A DNA stretch of 64,000 bases from positions 1 through 64,000 of the forward strand of contig OZ240215.1 in NCBI GenBank assembly GCA_965197585.1. The letters are read 5' to 3'. The translations under genes were made by a program, and so were the position numbers. Shown here one piece after another: positions 23,662 to 33,098 of this stretch (the first letter of the stretch is position 1; every line of letters starts with the position of its first letter). The notes under the pieces were generated by a model. It searched no databases, was not told the DNA's origin, and saw nothing but the letters and a program-made list of their open reading frames with translations. The stretch is from Dehalococcoidia bacterium. GTDB lineage: Bacteria; Chloroflexota; Dehalococcoidia; Plut-88900.

Positions 23662-23752
23662 CCGCCGAAATCCATTGCTGGTACAATAAGGCCGGTTATG
23701 TGGGAAGGGGAAGAAGGCAAGGCTGAAGTTGTAGAGTTGCAGGGGGAGTCAT
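23662..23752 (+). promoter_or_regulatory. Promoter/leader of BVMO-2
   Basis: Paralog of 21802-21892 with TGGTACAAT and GGGGGAG RBS. Confidence 0.7.
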
Positions 23753-25399
23753 ATGGCTAGCTTGAAGAACGGCGGCGATTTCGATGCGGTGGTGATCGGG
23801 GCGGGGTTTTCGGGGTTGGGGATGCTGTGGCGGCTGAGGGACGACATGGGGATGTCTGTCCAGGTCTACGAGGCGGGGACCGGGGTTGGTGGGACCTGGT
23901 ACTGGAACCGGTATCCCGGCGCCCGATGCGACTCCGAGAGCTACACCTACTGCTTCACCTTCTCCAAAGAGCTGCTCCAGGAATGGGAATGGAGCGGCAA
24001 ATACCCCGAGCAACCCGAGATTCTGACCTACCTCAACCACGTCGCCGACCGGTTCGACATGCGGCGCAACATCCAGTTCGAGACCCGTGTTACCTCCGCC
24101 ACTTTCCTTGAAGACCGAAACCTCTGGGAGATCGAGACGGACCAGGGCGATCGGGTCACGGCCCAGCACCTGGTAACGGGAATCGGGTGCATATCCACGG
24201 GCAACATCCCCAAGATCAAGGGGCTGGACTCCTTCGAAGGGGACTGGTATCACACCGGCAATTGGCCTCACCACCCCGTGGACTTTTCCGGGAAGCGGGT
24301 TGCGGTGGTAGGTACGGGCTCGAGCGGCGTGCAGTCGATACCCGTGATCGCCAAACAGGCCGGGCATGTCACTGTGTTCCAGCGGACACCCCAGTACACC
24401 GTACCGGCTAGGCACGGCAGCATAGACAAGAGGTTCATTGAGGAAGAGGTCAAGCCGAACTACGACGAGATCATCGAAAAAGCGAAATGGACCCACGGCG
24501 GCACACCTCAAACCCCGGTGGCCCGGTCGGCGTTTGACGTTACGATGGAGGAACGTAGGAAGATTTTCGAACAGGCCTGGAGTGTCGGCGGGAACGACTT
24601 CATCTATGGCTCCTTCGAAGACATCATGATCGACAAGGAGGCCAACGACACCGCTTCCGAGTTCATACGCTCCAAGATTCGGGAGATGGTCAATGATCCC
24701 GAGACCTGCCAGAAACTCCTGCCATTGGACCACCCTTTCGGCTCCAAAAGAGCTCTTATCGACACCAACTACTTCGAGACCTACAACCGTGAGAACATCG
24801 ACCTGGTAGACCTGCGCCAGACGCCTATCCAGGAGATCAACGCCAAGGGGATAAGGACCTCCGAGAAGGACTTCGAGTTCGACGCGATAGTCTTCGCCAC
24901 GGGATTCGACGCCATGACCGGGACCTTTATGAAGATGGACATCCGAGGTCGGGATGGACTGACACTGAGTGAGAAATGGGCCGAGGGCCCGAAGACCTAC
25001 CTTGGCCTGCAGGTCGCTGGATTCCCCAACATGTTCATGCTGACAGGCCCCGGGAGCCCTTCCGTATTGACCAATATGCCCGTCGCCATCGAGCAGCATA
25101 TAGAGTGGGTAGCCGACTTCATAGGCTGGATGCGTAATTACGGTCTCGAAACCGCTGAAGCCGACGCACAGGCCGAAAAGGACTGGGATGCCCACGTCCA
25201 GGAAGAAGCCAACAAGACCCTATATATGCAAGCCAACTCTTGGTACCTCGGCGCAAACATACCGGGCAAGCCCCGGGTCTTCATGCCCTACACCGGCGGC
25301 ATGGGTACATATCGCAAAAGGTGCCACGAGATTGCAGAGAACGGCTACGAGGGGTTTGTGCTCGATGCAGCGCCTACCAAAAGCGCGGCCGTCGGATAA
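23753..25399 (+). CDS. Type I Baeyer-Villiger monooxygenase, copy 2 (tandem paralog)
   Basis: Same BVMO motifs; long stretches identical to copy 1. Confidence 0.95.
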   Translation: MASLKNGGDFDAVVIGAGFSGLGMLWRLRDDMGMSVQVYEAGTGVGGTWYWNRYPGARCDSESYTYCFTFSKELLQEWEWSGKYPEQPEILTYLNHVADRFDMRRNIQFETRVTSATFLEDRNLWEIETDQGDRVTAQHLVTGIGCISTGNIPKIKGLDSFEGDWYHTGNWPHHPVDFSGKRVAVVGTGSSGVQSIPVIAKQAGHVTVFQRTPQYTVPARHGSIDKRFIEEEVKPNYDEIIEKAKWTHGGTPQTPVARSAFDVTMEERRKIFEQAWSVGGNDFIYGSFEDIMIDKEANDTASEFIRSKIREMVNDPETCQKLLPLDHPFGSKRALIDTNYFETYNRENIDLVDLRQTPIQEINAKGIRTSEKDFEFDAIVFATGFDAMTGTFMKMDIRGRDGLTLSEKWAEGPKTYLGLQVAGFPNMFMLTGPGSPSVLTNMPVAIEQHIEWVADFIGWMRNYGLETAEADAQAEKDWDAHVQEEANKTLYMQANSWYLGANIPGKPRVFMPYTGGMGTYRKRCHEIAENGYEGFVLDAAPTKSAAVG

Positions 25400-25435
25400 A
25401 AGGCGGTGAAAGAGCGAGAGTTCAGAAACCAGGAG

Positions 25436-25561
25436 ATGGCGGGGAGACATCCCTCGGCCTGCACGTGCGTTCGTTGCAGCCAACAGAGGTTGCAGAACGT
25501 ACGACAGGGTGGCAACCCCCTGAAGAAAATACTGGACTTCCTGTTGCGCAGGCGTAGATAA
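25436..25561 (+). CDS. Small Cys-rich cationic peptide (41 aa; 51 aa if started at GTG 25406), not in ORF track
   Basis: Manual translation MAGRHPSACTCVRCSQQRLQNVRQGGNPLKKILDFLLRRRR*; fills the intergenic gap and ends 10 nt before the ABC ATPase start. Confidence 0.5.
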   Translation: MAGRHPSACTCVRCSQQRLQNVRQGGNPLKKILDFLLRRRR

Positions 25562-25571
25562 TGCCTGGCCT

Positions 25572-26486
25572 ATGAACGACTCCGTAATCCGCACCCAAGG
25601 TCTGACCAAGAAATACGGTTCACTCGTGGCCGTGGACGGCCTGTCGATGGAAGTGCCCCGGGGCCGGATTTTCGGGCTGCTGGGGCCCAATGGCTCGGGT
25701 AAGACCACAACCCTCAGCATTCTTCTCGGCCTTACGAGGCAGACCTCCGGCAACTTCAGTCTGTTTGGAGGGGGAGGCTCCCACACCGAGGCCTTGCACC
25801 GCATCGGCGCAATCGTGGAAACTCCGGCTTTCTACCCTTATCTGTCGGGCCGAAGGAACTTGGCCTATTTTCAGGGAATAACGGGAAAGGGCAACCGGGC
25901 CGAGCTGGATTCGCTTCTGGACACCGTGGGCCTGGGCACTAGGGCCAACGACAAGTTCCAGAACTATTCCCTCGGCATGAAGCAGCGCCTGGGCCTCGCC
26001 TACGCCCTCCTCGGCGACCCCGAGATCCTTATTCTCGACGAACCGACCAACGGCATGGACCCAGCCGGAATGGCCGAGATCCGGGACCTCGTCCGCAGGC
26101 TCGGCACCGGTGGCCGCACTGTCCTTCTCTCCAGCCACCTCCTCCACGAGGTTGAGGCAGTCTGTGACAGCGTGGCGATCCTCTCCAGAGGCAAGCTCAT
26201 CGCGCAGGGAGATGTTTCAGAGCTGGTGAAGTCGGGTGAACAGGTGCAACTCAAGACGACGGATGACGCCAAGGCCAAAGAGGTTCTTTCGATGGTGGAC
26301 TGGGTCAGTGAGGTGGAGGAGGAAGAAGGATACCTGGTGGCCTCTGCCCCGAGCAGCAGGTCGGGGGAGCTGACGGCGGCGTTGAGCGGCGCAGGCGTGT
26401 ACGTCACCGAGATGAGGCCTAGAGCCAAGAGCCTGGAGCAATACTTCCTGGAAGTGACCGGGGGAGCAAACGGAGAATCGGTTTGA
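25572..26486 (+). CDS. ABC-2 type exporter ATP-binding subunit (BcrA-like)
   Basis: GPNGSGKT, signature YSLGMKQR, LILDEPTNGMDP, SSHLL, SLEQYFL. Confidence 0.95.
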   Translation: MNDSVIRTQGLTKKYGSLVAVDGLSMEVPRGRIFGLLGPNGSGKTTTLSILLGLTRQTSGNFSLFGGGGSHTEALHRIGAIVETPAFYPYLSGRRNLAYFQGITGKGNRAELDSLLDTVGLGTRANDKFQNYSLGMKQRLGLAYALLGDPEILILDEPTNGMDPAGMAEIRDLVRRLGTGGRTVLLSSHLLHEVEAVCDSVAILSRGKLIAQGDVSELVKSGEQVQLKTTDDAKAKEVLSMVDWVSEVEEEEGYLVASAPSSRSGELTAALSGAGVYVTEMRPRAKSLEQYFLEVTGGANGESV

Positions 26487-27337
26487 TACTGCACCTTCTG
26501 TCGCTGATGAGGTGGGAGTGGTTCAAGCTGCGGCATCGGTGGTTCCCCTGGGTGTTGCTGGTTATCTTCACTCTGTTTACCCAGATGCTTGTCTGGATCG
26601 GCTATCTGGTACATCGCGGCGAAGGAGAGGTTGGAGCAGCCGAGTTATTCCTCCTGCCGGGCAGCGTGACCCTGGGTCTCAGATCGATGTTTGGACTGGC
26701 AATAGTGCTGATTGTGACACTATCGTCGTCAATGATGGGAACGGAGTACGGTTGGGGCACACTGCGTACGGCTCTGGCACGGGGCCCGGGGCGGTGGCAG
26801 CTTCTTGTGGCAAAGTTCGGGATCTCCGCCCTGGCGGGACTTGGCGGCCTGATTATCGCTGCTGTTTTCATCGGGATTAGCAGCCTGGTTACCGCCGGAC
26901 TTGCGGAAAACAGTACCGAATTGACGTCGTCCGGCGAGTGGTCGGAAGCTATTTTGACAATTGTCAAAGCGGCTTTTACGTTGATACCATACGCACTCTT
27001 GGCCGCAGCCCTGACTATCTTGACGTCTTCCGCGACTGTCGGACTGGCAATAACTGTGGGTTACCACATAGCGGAGCAGATAGTCGTTCCTATCCTTACG
27101 GTGTTCGTCGACGGGTTCGATAAAATAGCGGGATTCACCCTTGGAATCAGTGCCCACGCCCTGATTAGCGAGGAGGGCGCTCAGGACTTTATCTTCCTTG
27201 TCACCACCCTTGGCGATGGTGAATTACCAAATACGATGCAGGCGTTTCTGGTCCTGCTGGGTTACAGCATAATATTTGGCGGCGCGGCACTGTTCATGTT
27301 CCAGAGACGGGACATCACCGGGGCCAAGGGCACTTAG
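26483..27337 (+). CDS. ABC-2 type exporter permease
   Basis: EWFKL, EYGWGTLRT, about six TM segments, C-terminal FQRRDI; overlaps the ATPase stop. Confidence 0.9.
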   Translation: MILHLLSLMRWEWFKLRHRWFPWVLLVIFTLFTQMLVWIGYLVHRGEGEVGAAELFLLPGSVTLGLRSMFGLAIVLIVTLSSSMMGTEYGWGTLRTALARGPGRWQLLVAKFGISALAGLGGLIIAAVFIGISSLVTAGLAENSTELTSSGEWSEAILTIVKAAFTLIPYALLAAALTILTSSATVGLAITVGYHIAEQIVVPILTVFVDGFDKIAGFTLGISAHALISEEGAQDFIFLVTTLGDGELPNTMQAFLVLLGYSIIFGGAALFMFQRRDITGAKGT

Positions 27338-27347
27338 CAATAGGCGT

Positions 27348-28829
27348 CTAAGCCGAGACCGACGCCTTCGCCGCCTCCGAGCCTGCGATCCGCCCGAACA
27401 CCGATCCCGCCATCAGCCCCGACCCACCGGCGTAGTTGTAGTAGAAGAGCCCGCCCACAAGTTCCCCCGCCGCGTAGAGGCCCGGTATTGGCGCGTCCTC
27501 CGTGTCCAGGACACGGGCGTCGGGGTTGATCTTGAGACCTCCGAAGGTGAAGGTAATGCCGCAAGTCACGGCGTAGCCGATGAATGGCGGAGAATCGAGC
27601 CTCTGGGCCCAGTTGGACTTGGGCGGCTCGATTCCTGTGGTCCCCTTGCCGTCGAGAACGGCGGGGTTGAACTCCCCCTCTGTGACGGCGGCATTGAAGC
27701 TCTGTACGGTGTCGATGAATTTCTGCTTGTCTATGCCGAGGGCGTCCGCAAGGCCCGGAATGGTGTCCGACTCCGCTTTCGTGGCACGGGCAATGTAATA
27801 CTCGTCCCGAAGTTTCCCGGAGACCTTGGCATCGAAGATCTGGAAAGCTGCGCGGTGGGGCTGCTTCAATATCTCTCGTCCGTACTTGGCATAGGTGTAG
27901 TTGCGTAAGTCAGCACCCTCGTCTAGGAAGCGCTTGCCCTCAACGTTGACTACGATGCCGAGGGGGTAGGAGTGCTTCTGAAATAGGTCGGCGACGTTGC
28001 GGTCGCCGAAAGTGGGTGCGTTGAGGTCCCAGGCGACCGCGTGGCAGGAACTCCAGTGGCCGTGGGACTGTGCCCCCGCGTCCAGGGCGATGCGGATGCC
28101 GTCTCCCGTGTTATACCGAGTGCCGCGCACCTTGGCCAGCTCCCACCCGGGGCCCAGGTAGCGGGTCCGCATCTCCGGGTTCGACTCGAAGCCGCCGCAG
28201 GCTAGGACCACCGCGCCTGCCTCGAAGTCACGGCTTCCTTCAGGTGTGCGTGCCGATACCCCGGTCACGTGTCCTATATCGTCGGTCAGGAGGCCCGTGA
28301 CCTTGGCCCCGTAGGCGATGTCGATGCCTCGGGCCTGGGCAGCGTCGAACAGGGAGTCTACCAGGCCCTTGCCACCCCCCACCGCCTCCGTTATCAGGCC
28401 ACCGTAGAAATGCTGCTTCCCCCCGACTTCAAAAGACTGGCGGCCGTACATCAACACCCAGTGGAGCCCTTGTTCCCTCATCCATTGTACGGTCGGATAG
28501 GCGCGGGTGACGAGGGTCTCGATGAGGTCGGCATCGGAGAGGCCCTCTGTGACGCGCATGATGTCGTCGTACATTTGGGACTGGGGATAAGAGCCGATTT
28601 CGATGGAGTTGGCCTCCTCGTCGGCCATCTCGGGGATTAGGCCCCGGATGTCCTCCAGACCTTCGTAGGGGAAACGGAATCCGCCGCCGGTGAAATAGGA
28701 GTTGCCGCCGCGCATGTGCTCGGGGGCCTTTTCCAGCACCAGCACCCGAGCCCCGTTCTCCCGGGCGGATAGGGCGGCGCAAAGAGCCGCGTTGCCTGCC
28801 CCAACCACAATTACGTCGGCTATATTCAA
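27348..28829 (-). CDS. tcuA: FAD-dependent tricarballylate dehydrogenase TcuA family
   Basis: VVGAGNAALCAALSARE, RGGNSYFT, LACGGFESN, VRGTRYNTGDG, GITFTFGGL, NYAGGSGL. Confidence 0.85.
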   Translation of the reverse strand: MNIADVIVVGAGNAALCAALSARENGARVLVLEKAPEHMRGGNSYFTGGGFRFPYEGLEDIRGLIPEMADEEANSIEIGSYPQSQMYDDIMRVTEGLSDADLIETLVTRAYPTVQWMREQGLHWVLMYGRQSFEVGGKQHFYGGLITEAVGGGKGLVDSLFDAAQARGIDIAYGAKVTGLLTDDIGHVTGVSARTPEGSRDFEAGAVVLACGGFESNPEMRTRYLGPGWELAKVRGTRYNTGDGIRIALDAGAQSHGHWSSCHAVAWDLNAPTFGDRNVADLFQKHSYPLGIVVNVEGKRFLDEGADLRNYTYAKYGREILKQPHRAAFQIFDAKVSGKLRDEYYIARATKAESDTIPGLADALGIDKQKFIDTVQSFNAAVTEGEFNPAVLDGKGTTGIEPPKSNWAQRLDSPPFIGYAVTCGITFTFGGLKINPDARVLDTEDAPIPGLYAAGELVGGLFYYNYAGGSGLMAGSVFGRIAGSEAAKASVSA

Positions 28830-28853
28830 GACTCACTCTCCTATGAATTACTA

Positions 28854-28879
28854 CGCCGCTCCGTGTTCACGGAGCGGCG
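28854..28879. terminator. GC-rich perfect hairpin between ACAD and tcuA
   Basis: CGCCGCTCCGTG-TT-CACGGAGCGGCG; no clear U tract, may instead be REP-like. Confidence 0.45.
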
Positions 28880-28907
28880 CGGCAATTGCGGTCTTATGGT
28901 GTCGGGG

Positions 28908-30077
28908 CTACTGCCGAGGCAGGCCCAGGCCCCGGGTGGCGATGATGTTGCGCTGAATCTCCGAAGTTCCGCTCTGTATGGTATCCGAGACGCTCTTCAG
29001 ATAGTTGGTCTCGACCCAGCCGTGCAGGGGGGTGCGGGAGGAGGAAGGGGTGAGCTGACCATAGAGGCCCAGGATGCGCATCGCCATCTGCATGATGTGC
29101 TGCTCGACCTCCGTGCCGAAGCTCTTGCCCATGGACGCTTCCTTGTTCGGCACCTCTCCCTTGCTCTGTATGTAGGCAATCTGGTAGGAGAGCATGTAGG
29201 AGACTTCGACGTTGACGGCCATCTCTGAAATGGTGTTACGGACCATGGGTAGGTCTATGAGGGACTTGCCGTTATATTTGGTCTCGCTGGCGAACTTCCG
29301 GGTCTCGTCAAGGGCCCGGCGGGCGACTGCGGCGTACTCGACACCGGAGCGCTCGAAGTCAAGCAGGGTCATTCCGGCATACCAGCCCCGGTTGACCTCG
29401 GCGACTACGTTGCCCTTGGGTACTCGGACGTTGTCGAAGAAAGTCTCGTTGAAGTGGTGGCCGCCGGTCATGTCGACAATGGGCCTGACGGAAACGCCGG
29501 GAGTCCTCATGTCGGCGAGGAACATGGTAATGCCCCGGTGCTTGGGGGCATTGGGGTCGGTGCGTGCCAGTAGGAGGATCCAGTCGGCGACGTGGGCCTG
29601 GGAGGTCCAGATCTTCTGTCCGTTTATGACCCACTCGTCACCTTCGAGGACGGCGCGAGTCTGGAGGGACGCGAGGTCGGAACCCGACTCGGGCTCCGAA
29701 TAACCTTGTGCCCAGACAACTTCACCGCGCGCTATGCCGCCGATGTGCTCTTTCTTCTGCTCCTCGGTCCCGTGCACCATTATGGCCGGGCCGATATAGC
29801 CGATACCCTCGCCATCGCGGCCTGGTGCGTGGGCGTAGGACCATTCGTCGGTGAAGATGACCTGCTGCATTACGGAGGCGTCGGAGCCGCCGTACTCTTC
29901 CGGCCAGGAGAGGGCCAGCCAGCCCTTGTCGGCCAGCTTCTTGCGCATGCCCATTTCCACGGCATGTGCCTCTGCACTGCCGGGTACGAGGTCGTGGTCC
30001 TCTGTCCATTCCGTAGCAAGGAAGTCCTTGACCTCCTGCCTGAATGCCTGCTCTTCCGGGGTGAAGTTAAATCGCAT
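28908..30077 (-). CDS. Acyl-CoA dehydrogenase family protein (FadE-like)
   Basis: WPEEYGG, QGYSEPESGSDLASL, NGQKIWTS, FNETFFDNVRVP, GTSEIQRNII; start moved to MRFNF behind AGGAGG. Confidence 0.93.
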   Translation of the reverse strand: MRFNFTPEEQAFRQEVKDFLATEWTEDHDLVPGSAEAHAVEMGMRKKLADKGWLALSWPEEYGGSDASVMQQVIFTDEWSYAHAPGRDGEGIGYIGPAIMVHGTEEQKKEHIGGIARGEVVWAQGYSEPESGSDLASLQTRAVLEGDEWVINGQKIWTSQAHVADWILLLARTDPNAPKHRGITMFLADMRTPGVSVRPIVDMTGGHHFNETFFDNVRVPKGNVVAEVNRGWYAGMTLLDFERSGVEYAAVARRALDETRKFASETKYNGKSLIDLPMVRNTISEMAVNVEVSYMLSYQIAYIQSKGEVPNKEASMGKSFGTEVEQHIMQMAMRILGLYGQLTPSSSRTPLHGWVETNYLKSVSDTIQSGTSEIQRNIIATRGLGLPRQ

Positions 30078-30284
30078 GTGGTTCCTCCTGGCTCGCGTGG
30101 CCGGTGACAATGATACCGGCATAGGAGAGGAGGGACAAGTCCAAAGACGAGAATGAGGGAGGGCAAAGACGCATGTTTTCGAGAGATTGCGACTCGCACT
30201 AAACGCGGGCGACGAGTATCATTCGCGGCGTCCGGGCCACGGGGCCCGAGCGGCTTGATGGCAGTATCGGTGGAGGCTTGGTGA

Positions 30285-31271
30285 TTGGCTATGACCGCAG
30301 TGATAATCAATGGCCGCTGGATAGCCGAGAACATCCGATTGGGCGTGAAGTACGCGGTGGAGGAGCTTAGCTCGCAGACGGGTGTGGTGCCCGGGCTGGC
30401 GGTGGTGCTTGTATCGGATGACCCGGCTTCTGGGAGATACGTAGCCGCGAAGGAGAAGGCGGCGCAGGAGTCGGCCATCTACTCCCAGACCTTCAGGCTG
30501 CCCGGCAACACAACCGAGGCCGAACTGCTCAGGAAGATCGATCAGTTGAACTCGGACGATAGGTTCCACGGCATCCTGGTCCAGTTCCCAGTGCCCCGCG
30601 GCATCGACATGCTAAAGGTCATACACGCCGTCGATCCCCTTAAGGACATTGAGGGGTTGCACCCGCTTGACGTGGGCTGGCTGATGGCGGGGGAGCCGCG
30701 CTTTGTGCCGTGCACGCCGGCAGGGATACACCGGATGCTCGTGTCGGTGGGGCACCACCCGGAGGGGAAACACGTGGTGTTGGTCGGGGGCAGCCTGATA
30801 GTGGGCCGACCATTGGCTGCGCTGCTGCTCCAGGAGAAGCCGTGGGCCAACGCGACGGTGACGATATGCCACCTCGGGACCAGGAACCTGCCCAGCATCA
30901 CCCGAATGGCCGACATCCTTGTCGTCGCGACAGGCAACCCCCAGGGCATAACGGGGGACATGGTGAGGCCGGGGGTGGTGGTGGTAGACGTCGGGATCCA
31001 CGCCATACCGGACCCTACCAAGAAAAGAGGCTACCGGCTTGTGGGCGACGTAGACTTCGATTCAGTCAAGGAGAAGGCCCAAGCCATAACTCCCGTACCG
31101 GGTGGGGTCGGGGTGATGACCGTGGCCATGCTTATGGTCAACACCCTCAAGGCGGCAAGGCTGACCACCAACCCGTTGATGCCTCCCTTCAGGGTGGAAG
31201 ACTACATGCACCTGCACGCCGACGAGTCACACGTCGCAGACCCGGACAGGCGGACCGCTACCAGCCGATAG
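30285..31271 (+). CDS. folD: Bifunctional methylene-THF dehydrogenase/cyclohydrolase
   Basis: PGLAVVLV..DPAS..YV..K, HGILVQ, PCTPAG, NATVTICH, GDVDF, ITPVPGGVG.MTVAML. Confidence 0.93.
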   Translation: MAMTAVIINGRWIAENIRLGVKYAVEELSSQTGVVPGLAVVLVSDDPASGRYVAAKEKAAQESAIYSQTFRLPGNTTEAELLRKIDQLNSDDRFHGILVQFPVPRGIDMLKVIHAVDPLKDIEGLHPLDVGWLMAGEPRFVPCTPAGIHRMLVSVGHHPEGKHVVLVGGSLIVGRPLAALLLQEKPWANATVTICHLGTRNLPSITRMADILVVATGNPQGITGDMVRPGVVVVDVGIHAIPDPTKKRGYRLVGDVDFDSVKEKAQAITPVPGGVGVMTVAMLMVNTLKAARLTTNPLMPPFRVEDYMHLHADESHVADPDRRTATSR

Positions 31272-32970
31272 CGTAGCCGTCCCGACGAGGGTCAGCCGCC
31301 CCGAAGAGGGCCCCGGTTGACGGGTCCCGGCGAATCATAACCTCGCTGCCGGAAGCTCCCCAGTCGGGGAGAATTTGAAGCGTGTGCCCCCTGGCCTCGA
31401 GGCTGGACCTCGTTTCCTCGGAGAAGCGCCCTTCCATCTGGAGCCGGTCGGCGAACTTACGGGGTTCGGTGGACTCGGTCTGATTTTGCAGGTGTCTCCA
31501 CCTGGGCGCTTCTACTGCCTCGGAAACGTTAAGGCCGAAATCCAGTACGTGAGTTATGACCTGCATGTTGGTCTGCACCTGGGTGTCGGCGCCGGGGGTG
31601 CCGCAGGCCAGGACGAGCTCTCCGTTGGCAGCAGCGTCATCCTCGCCTGCGAAGACCATTACGGGGTTCATGGTGTGACGGACCCGGTGGCCGGGTGTCA
31701 GGCAGTTGATGTGACCGGGGTCGAGATGCCAATATGTCATGCGATTATTGAGCAGAATCCCCGTTCCATCAACCACCACCCTCGACCCGAATGCGCTCTG
31801 CTGGCTCTGCAGCTGGCTCACGGCATTCCCCCACCGGTCGACGACGACGAAGCAGGTGGTATCCCCGCCTTTTTCGGAGCCGTGAGTCTTCTTTGGGGAA
31901 CGCGGTGGGGCAGGGTCGTCCTGGTAGAGATAGGGGTTGCTAGGGGCCACATTCGGGTTGACCCTTTGCCTGTCGATGAGGGAGGCTCGTTCCCAGGCGT
32001 ACATCTTGGAAAGCATGCCTACCATGGGGATGTCGAGGAAGTCGGGGTCTGCGACATAGGCCTCGCGGTCGGCGAAGGCGAGTTTCTTGGCCTCGACCAT
32101 CACGTGTATGGCCTCCGGGGTGTTGCACCCGAGCCCCTGAATGTCGAACTGCTCGATGATGTTCAACTCCTGGAGTAAAACGTGGCCGCTGGAGTTTGGC
32201 GGCGCCTCAAAGACGGTATGACCGCGATATGTGGTGGATATGGGGTCCTGCCACTCACCGTGGAACCGACCAAGGTCTTCAAGGGAGAGTAGGCCTCCGT
32301 TCACACGGTGATAGCGGGCAATAGCTGCGGCAATCTCGCCGCGGTAGAAGACTTCTGCGCCTCCGACGGCGATTTGTTCAAAGGTGTCGGCGAGGTCGCG
32401 CTGGCACAGGATTTCCCCGGGGCCCAGGGCCCGGCCCCCCGGTGCGAATATCGGCCCCGAGGCCGGGTGGTTGCACAGGAAAGTGTCGGCGGCGATATCC
32501 CCCGACAGCTTCCGGCTCACCGGAAAACCGTCCCGAGCGAGCCCAATCGCCGGAGCTAGGACCTTAGCAAGGGGTAGGTTGCCGTACTTCTCGTGGGCCG
32601 AGAGCCATGCGTCCAGGAGACCTGGGACCGAGACGGATAGTAGGCCCTTTTCGGGGATGCCGGTGTCGGCGTAGCGTTCCCGGGTCGCCGCAAGGGGCGC
32701 GGGGCCCGTGCCATTGGCAACCTCGATCTTGCCGAGGTCCCGCCGGTAGACCATGATGAACCCATCGCCCCCTATACCGGACATCTGGGGTTCCACAACG
32801 TTGACGGCGGCGGCCACGGCTATGGCAGCGTCGATTGCGTTGCCGCCCTGCTGAAGAATTGAGATGCCTGCTTGGGAACCCAGCGGATGTCCGGAGGCGA
32901 CCATGCCGTTGCGGCCCATGATATCGGGCCTGTGGGACGTAAACTGAACGCCGTGAGGTGAGCTGGGCAT
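31258..32970 (-). CDS. ggt: Gamma-glutamyltransferase family (Ntn hydrolase)
   Basis: GGNAIDAAIA, VVEPQMSGIGGDGF, SVSVPG, KLAFADR, catalytic Thr in DTTCFVVVDRWGN, GAADPRRDG; start moved to MPSSPH. Confidence 0.92.
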   Translation of the reverse strand: MPSSPHGVQFTSHRPDIMGRNGMVASGHPLGSQAGISILQQGGNAIDAAIAVAAAVNVVEPQMSGIGGDGFIMVYRRDLGKIEVANGTGPAPLAATRERYADTGIPEKGLLSVSVPGLLDAWLSAHEKYGNLPLAKVLAPAIGLARDGFPVSRKLSGDIAADTFLCNHPASGPIFAPGGRALGPGEILCQRDLADTFEQIAVGGAEVFYRGEIAAAIARYHRVNGGLLSLEDLGRFHGEWQDPISTTYRGHTVFEAPPNSSGHVLLQELNIIEQFDIQGLGCNTPEAIHVMVEAKKLAFADREAYVADPDFLDIPMVGMLSKMYAWERASLIDRQRVNPNVAPSNPYLYQDDPAPPRSPKKTHGSEKGGDTTCFVVVDRWGNAVSQLQSQQSAFGSRVVVDGTGILLNNRMTYWHLDPGHINCLTPGHRVRHTMNPVMVFAGEDDAAANGELVLACGTPGADTQVQTNMQVITHVLDFGLNVSEAVEAPRWRHLQNQTESTEPRKFADRLQMEGRFSEETRSSLEARGHTLQILPDWGASGSEVMIRRDPSTGALFGAADPRRDGYAIGW

Positions 32971-33098
32971 GGGGGCCTCCGAGAGGGCAGAGATTGAGAG
33001 GATTATAGCGGATGCACGGGCTCGGATTGCGTAGCATCCATGTCGGGGATAGACTGTTTGGGTCTCGGGGCAGCTTTCAGTAATTTTGGAGGATATCC

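Noticed and set aside
23696-25195. 499-aa antisense ORF and other long antisense ORFs (2835-4022, 5542-6594, 42313-43284, 46009-47064)
   Set aside because: Shadows of well-supported genes on the opposite strand, expected with GC-rich codon usage; no family motifs
30123-30284. ZTP (pfl) or THF riboswitch upstream of folD
   Set aside because: The conserved GACTGGCG...CGCCTGGG elements of the ZTP switch and the THF consensus are absent; only a small GGGCC-ACGG-GGCCC hairpin is seen
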